From Hydrurus foetidus (taxonomy: Eukaryota): a DNA stretch of 62,550 bases. The position numbers and the translations under genes are program-made. The DNA is taken from the NCBI GenBank assembly GCA_900617105.1, contig UYFQ01000609.1, positions 62,001-124,550 of the forward strand. The letters are read 5' to 3'. Positions 61,201-62,550 of this stretch are shown here, in pieces; the stretch's first letter is position 1, and each line of letters starts with the position of its first letter. The notes under the pieces are model-generated. The model searched no databases. It saw only the letters and a program-made list of their open reading frames with translations, and had not been told where the DNA came from.

Positions 61201-62550
61201 AGCTGGCGGGCTTGATGCAATCGTTGAGGTTCCTGTAGTCGATGCAGACCCGCACTTTGTCTTCTGTCTTCTGTACAATCACTGGGTGACTGTAATAAGA
61301 TGCGTTTGATTTCTCAATGACGCCATCTGCAAGCATCGTCTTGATAGCTTTCTCTATCTCGATGTTGTTCTTGACCGACTGGGGTCGACAAGGGGTCCTG
61401 TTCCCTGGGGTCTCCCACAGGGGTTCCTCCACATTAAACCGGAACGGGGTTAAGTCCGCGGCTCTTTCCGCGAGTACATCGCTGAAGATGTCTCGGTATT
61501 CCATGACAAGATCTTTTAATCTGTGTACTTGGGTCTCACTACCCGCGAACACAAATTGTTCTAAGAAAGCTTTGGTGTCGTCCTCCCCTCTATGAAGGTC
61601 CTTGTTGTCGCTGAAGAAGGCACCGAAAGTGTCGACTTTCTCATTATCAATCTCATCAACGGAGACTATGATACCACTGGGCTTAACGCAGACAGGGTGG
61701 AGAATATCTTCGCTTGTTATAAGTGGTGTGTGCGAAGGGGTGTGAGGGAGGTCGACACCCGGACGCGGTGTATCGTCCGTACGTACAGCCAAGGCAGCAA
61801 CTATGTTGCCTGGAAGCTGACGACCCTCGTTGCCACGAGCCGGGCGGTTAGCAAGACCGTTGTGGGCTGCACACTTACAATCTGGCGAGCATATAGTCTG
61901 CTGAGTGTCGGTGACGGGTACCAAAGATGCAACTACATGGTCTATGGTAGATGGTGTGGGACCATACTTAACCTTCATCTTCTCCGCGAGTTTCGCTCTC
62001 TCCTTTGCTGCTTTCTTGCGCTGTGAGGGGTTCAACTTCTCAGGAGTACGTGCTGGCAACGTCTCCGCGTCAGCGACAGCTGGTGTCGAAGCAATCACCT
62101 TAAAGGTAAGAGGTTTCGCCTTGGCCGTCTTACGGGAGTAGTCCTTAGGGGGCTTATCCGGTTTGTCCGAGACGGGCTTTTTAGCTGCCAAAGGTGGCGG
62201 TTGTGGTGCGGACGGTGCTTTGAAACCCAAAGCGGATGGTGTCAAAATATTAAAATTATTTAGCGCGAGGGTTGTCCGACCCACAATTAAATCGATTTCT
62301 TGGTCTGGGTTAACGTTAACCGTGAAGTACACCGTGTGTATAATATCATCGTGTGATTGAAAGATGATGCCTATGTCTACAACATTGACACTCAGATAGC
62401 AGGTGCGATCCAGGCCACTGCATACAGTCATGGGAACAGGTGAGGTGTAGATGTATGACAGTGCATTCATTCTGACTAAGCAGTCACGCGAAATGAAATT
62501 CCCCGAAAGCTTCCCGTGTCCAGCAGCGCATCCCCTCGACTTGTTTCGAT
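58230..62550 (-). mobile_element. Second Ty3/gypsy chromovirus (5' part outside window)
   Basis: pol ORF, minus-strand purine tract GAAAAGAGTAAGTGGGGG, then LTR start TGTGACGG at 58444. The distal LTR end is uncertain (58230 or ~57998). Confidence 0.88.
58742..62550 (-). CDS. Pol polyprotein (PR-RT-RH-IN-chromodomain)
   Basis: YLDD, TDASDYG, RSDRG, WQGP and FLVKWLNY...NSWEP motifs. The LLDTGS protease motif at ~62510-62527 is one base out of frame. Confidence 0.95.
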   Translation of the reverse strand, partial: RNKSRGCAAGHGKLSGNFISRDCLVRMNALSYIYTSPVPMTVCSGLDRTCYLSVNVVDIGIIFQSHDDIIHTVYFTVNVNPDQEIDLIVGRTTLALNNFNILTPSALGFKAPSAPQPPPLAAKKPVSDKPDKPPKDYSRKTAKAKPLTFKVIASTPAVADAETLPARTPEKLNPSQRKKAAKERAKLAEKMKVKYGPTPSTIDHVVASLVPVTDTQQTICSPDCKCAAHNGLANRPARGNEGRQLPGNIVAALAVRTDDTPRPGVDLPHTPSHTPLITSEDILHPVCVKPSGIIVSVDEIDNEKVDTFGAFFSDNKDLHRGEDDTKAFLEQFVFAGSETQVHRLKDLVMEYRDIFSDVLAERAADLTPFRFNVEEPLWETPGNRTPCRPQSVKNNIEIEKAIKTMLADGVIEKSNASYYSHPVIVQKTEDKVRVCIDYRNLNDCIKPASWPLPNIRGLFERIGHNKPTVFGVMDLTAGYHQAPLYPPHRVFTAFLCFCGLYQFTRLPFGPKRAPSYFQEQMVTKVLQGLLYVSCEMYLDDCIVYASDEDQFLTRLKEVFQRFRERGLLLKAKKCKFGLPQIEYVGRVISKDGLSMSMVKIKSVLNFEKPRNLHALRSLLGLANYFRGFVPNHSLIVKPLQDMIDHKGKKNSPLVWTQGSSDAFQAIRKAISHCPLMHFLDDSDAPIRLYTDASDYGIGGVLFQIVDDIWRPISFVSKSFNATQSRWSTIQKEAYAIFHCCQQMDTLLRDRVFTIHTDHLNLTYMTNNPNSMVTRWSIAMQELDFKIHFVPGSQNKWADTLSRLCPNLMELAMDYTPRVMDAPGFIVAALTTCPLASEEESEWMEQAHNFRVGHGGVDRTMHKLGLMGRSWPYMRNHVRLFVRYCPCCQKMSAVRIPINVHKFTTAGEVLFDVLNIDFIGPFPDGTHVLVIVDSFSRWTELFHCKDSTAESACRCLLEHFGRFGSPNLIRSDRGPHFANELIEKFLLAVGTPHNLTLAYSKEENSIVERVNKEVNRHLRSFVFETLEMDQYKLCLPFVQRIMNSSVHGSTGVSPGNLLFGNRLDLNRGILTPFQQALPSKTPGSRIMADMINAQDTTHRTVQEMAQEHAAQRLTDQPDPTVFPVGSYVLAQYATGPPTRLHTRWQGPMEVISHRDSEYVLLNIVSKKTKRIHASKLKIFLFDPARIEPMDSARRDYMEFYIEAITAHKGNTRKVSTLTFLVKWLNYSEEHNSWEPWSALRLTDQLHTYLKSAGLKALVPHNLRGEDMPV

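Noticed and set aside
1..62550. Fanzor/TnpB or other RNA-guided nuclease cargo
   Set aside because: No ORF with a RuvC plus zinc-ribbon TnpB-like motif pattern was seen in any element.

Overview
Eukaryotic genomic DNA with GT-AG introns. A BBS8 ciliary gene and a CoDi-like copia element suggest a flagellated stramenopile-type protist (inference). Host genes: a secreted Cys-repeat protein built from duplicated exon-intron cassettes (1-3608, -), ERCC6/CSB, BBS8/TTC8, DIS3L2, a zinc-finger methyltransferase and a neurochondrin-like gene. About 60% of the window is nested transposons whose ends can be read exactly. Cluster 1 (3648-24037) holds a hAT element containing a pogo element, a fold-back MITE and a tRNA-derived Pol III-like unit. 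Next to it is a copia element interrupted by a very young chromovirus, followed by two adjacent TA-MITEs. Cluster 2 (40874-53975) holds a two-ORF Harbinger-like element carrying its own MITE, itself split by a TIR-poor MULE with tandem arrays and a PHD-fused transposase; a pogo-like element with a 4-bp TSD sits at its right end. A second chromovirus runs off the right edge. Best candidates for new biology: (1) a Ty1/copia element whose primer-binding site is an exact 11-nt complement of its own LTR, as in Tf1-type self-priming; (2) a pogo-like DD38D transposon with a 4-bp non-TA TSD; (3) the MULE with PHD fusion and satellite arrays; (4) hypervariable exon patches in the repeat protein. All coordinates were read by eye and no database searches were run.
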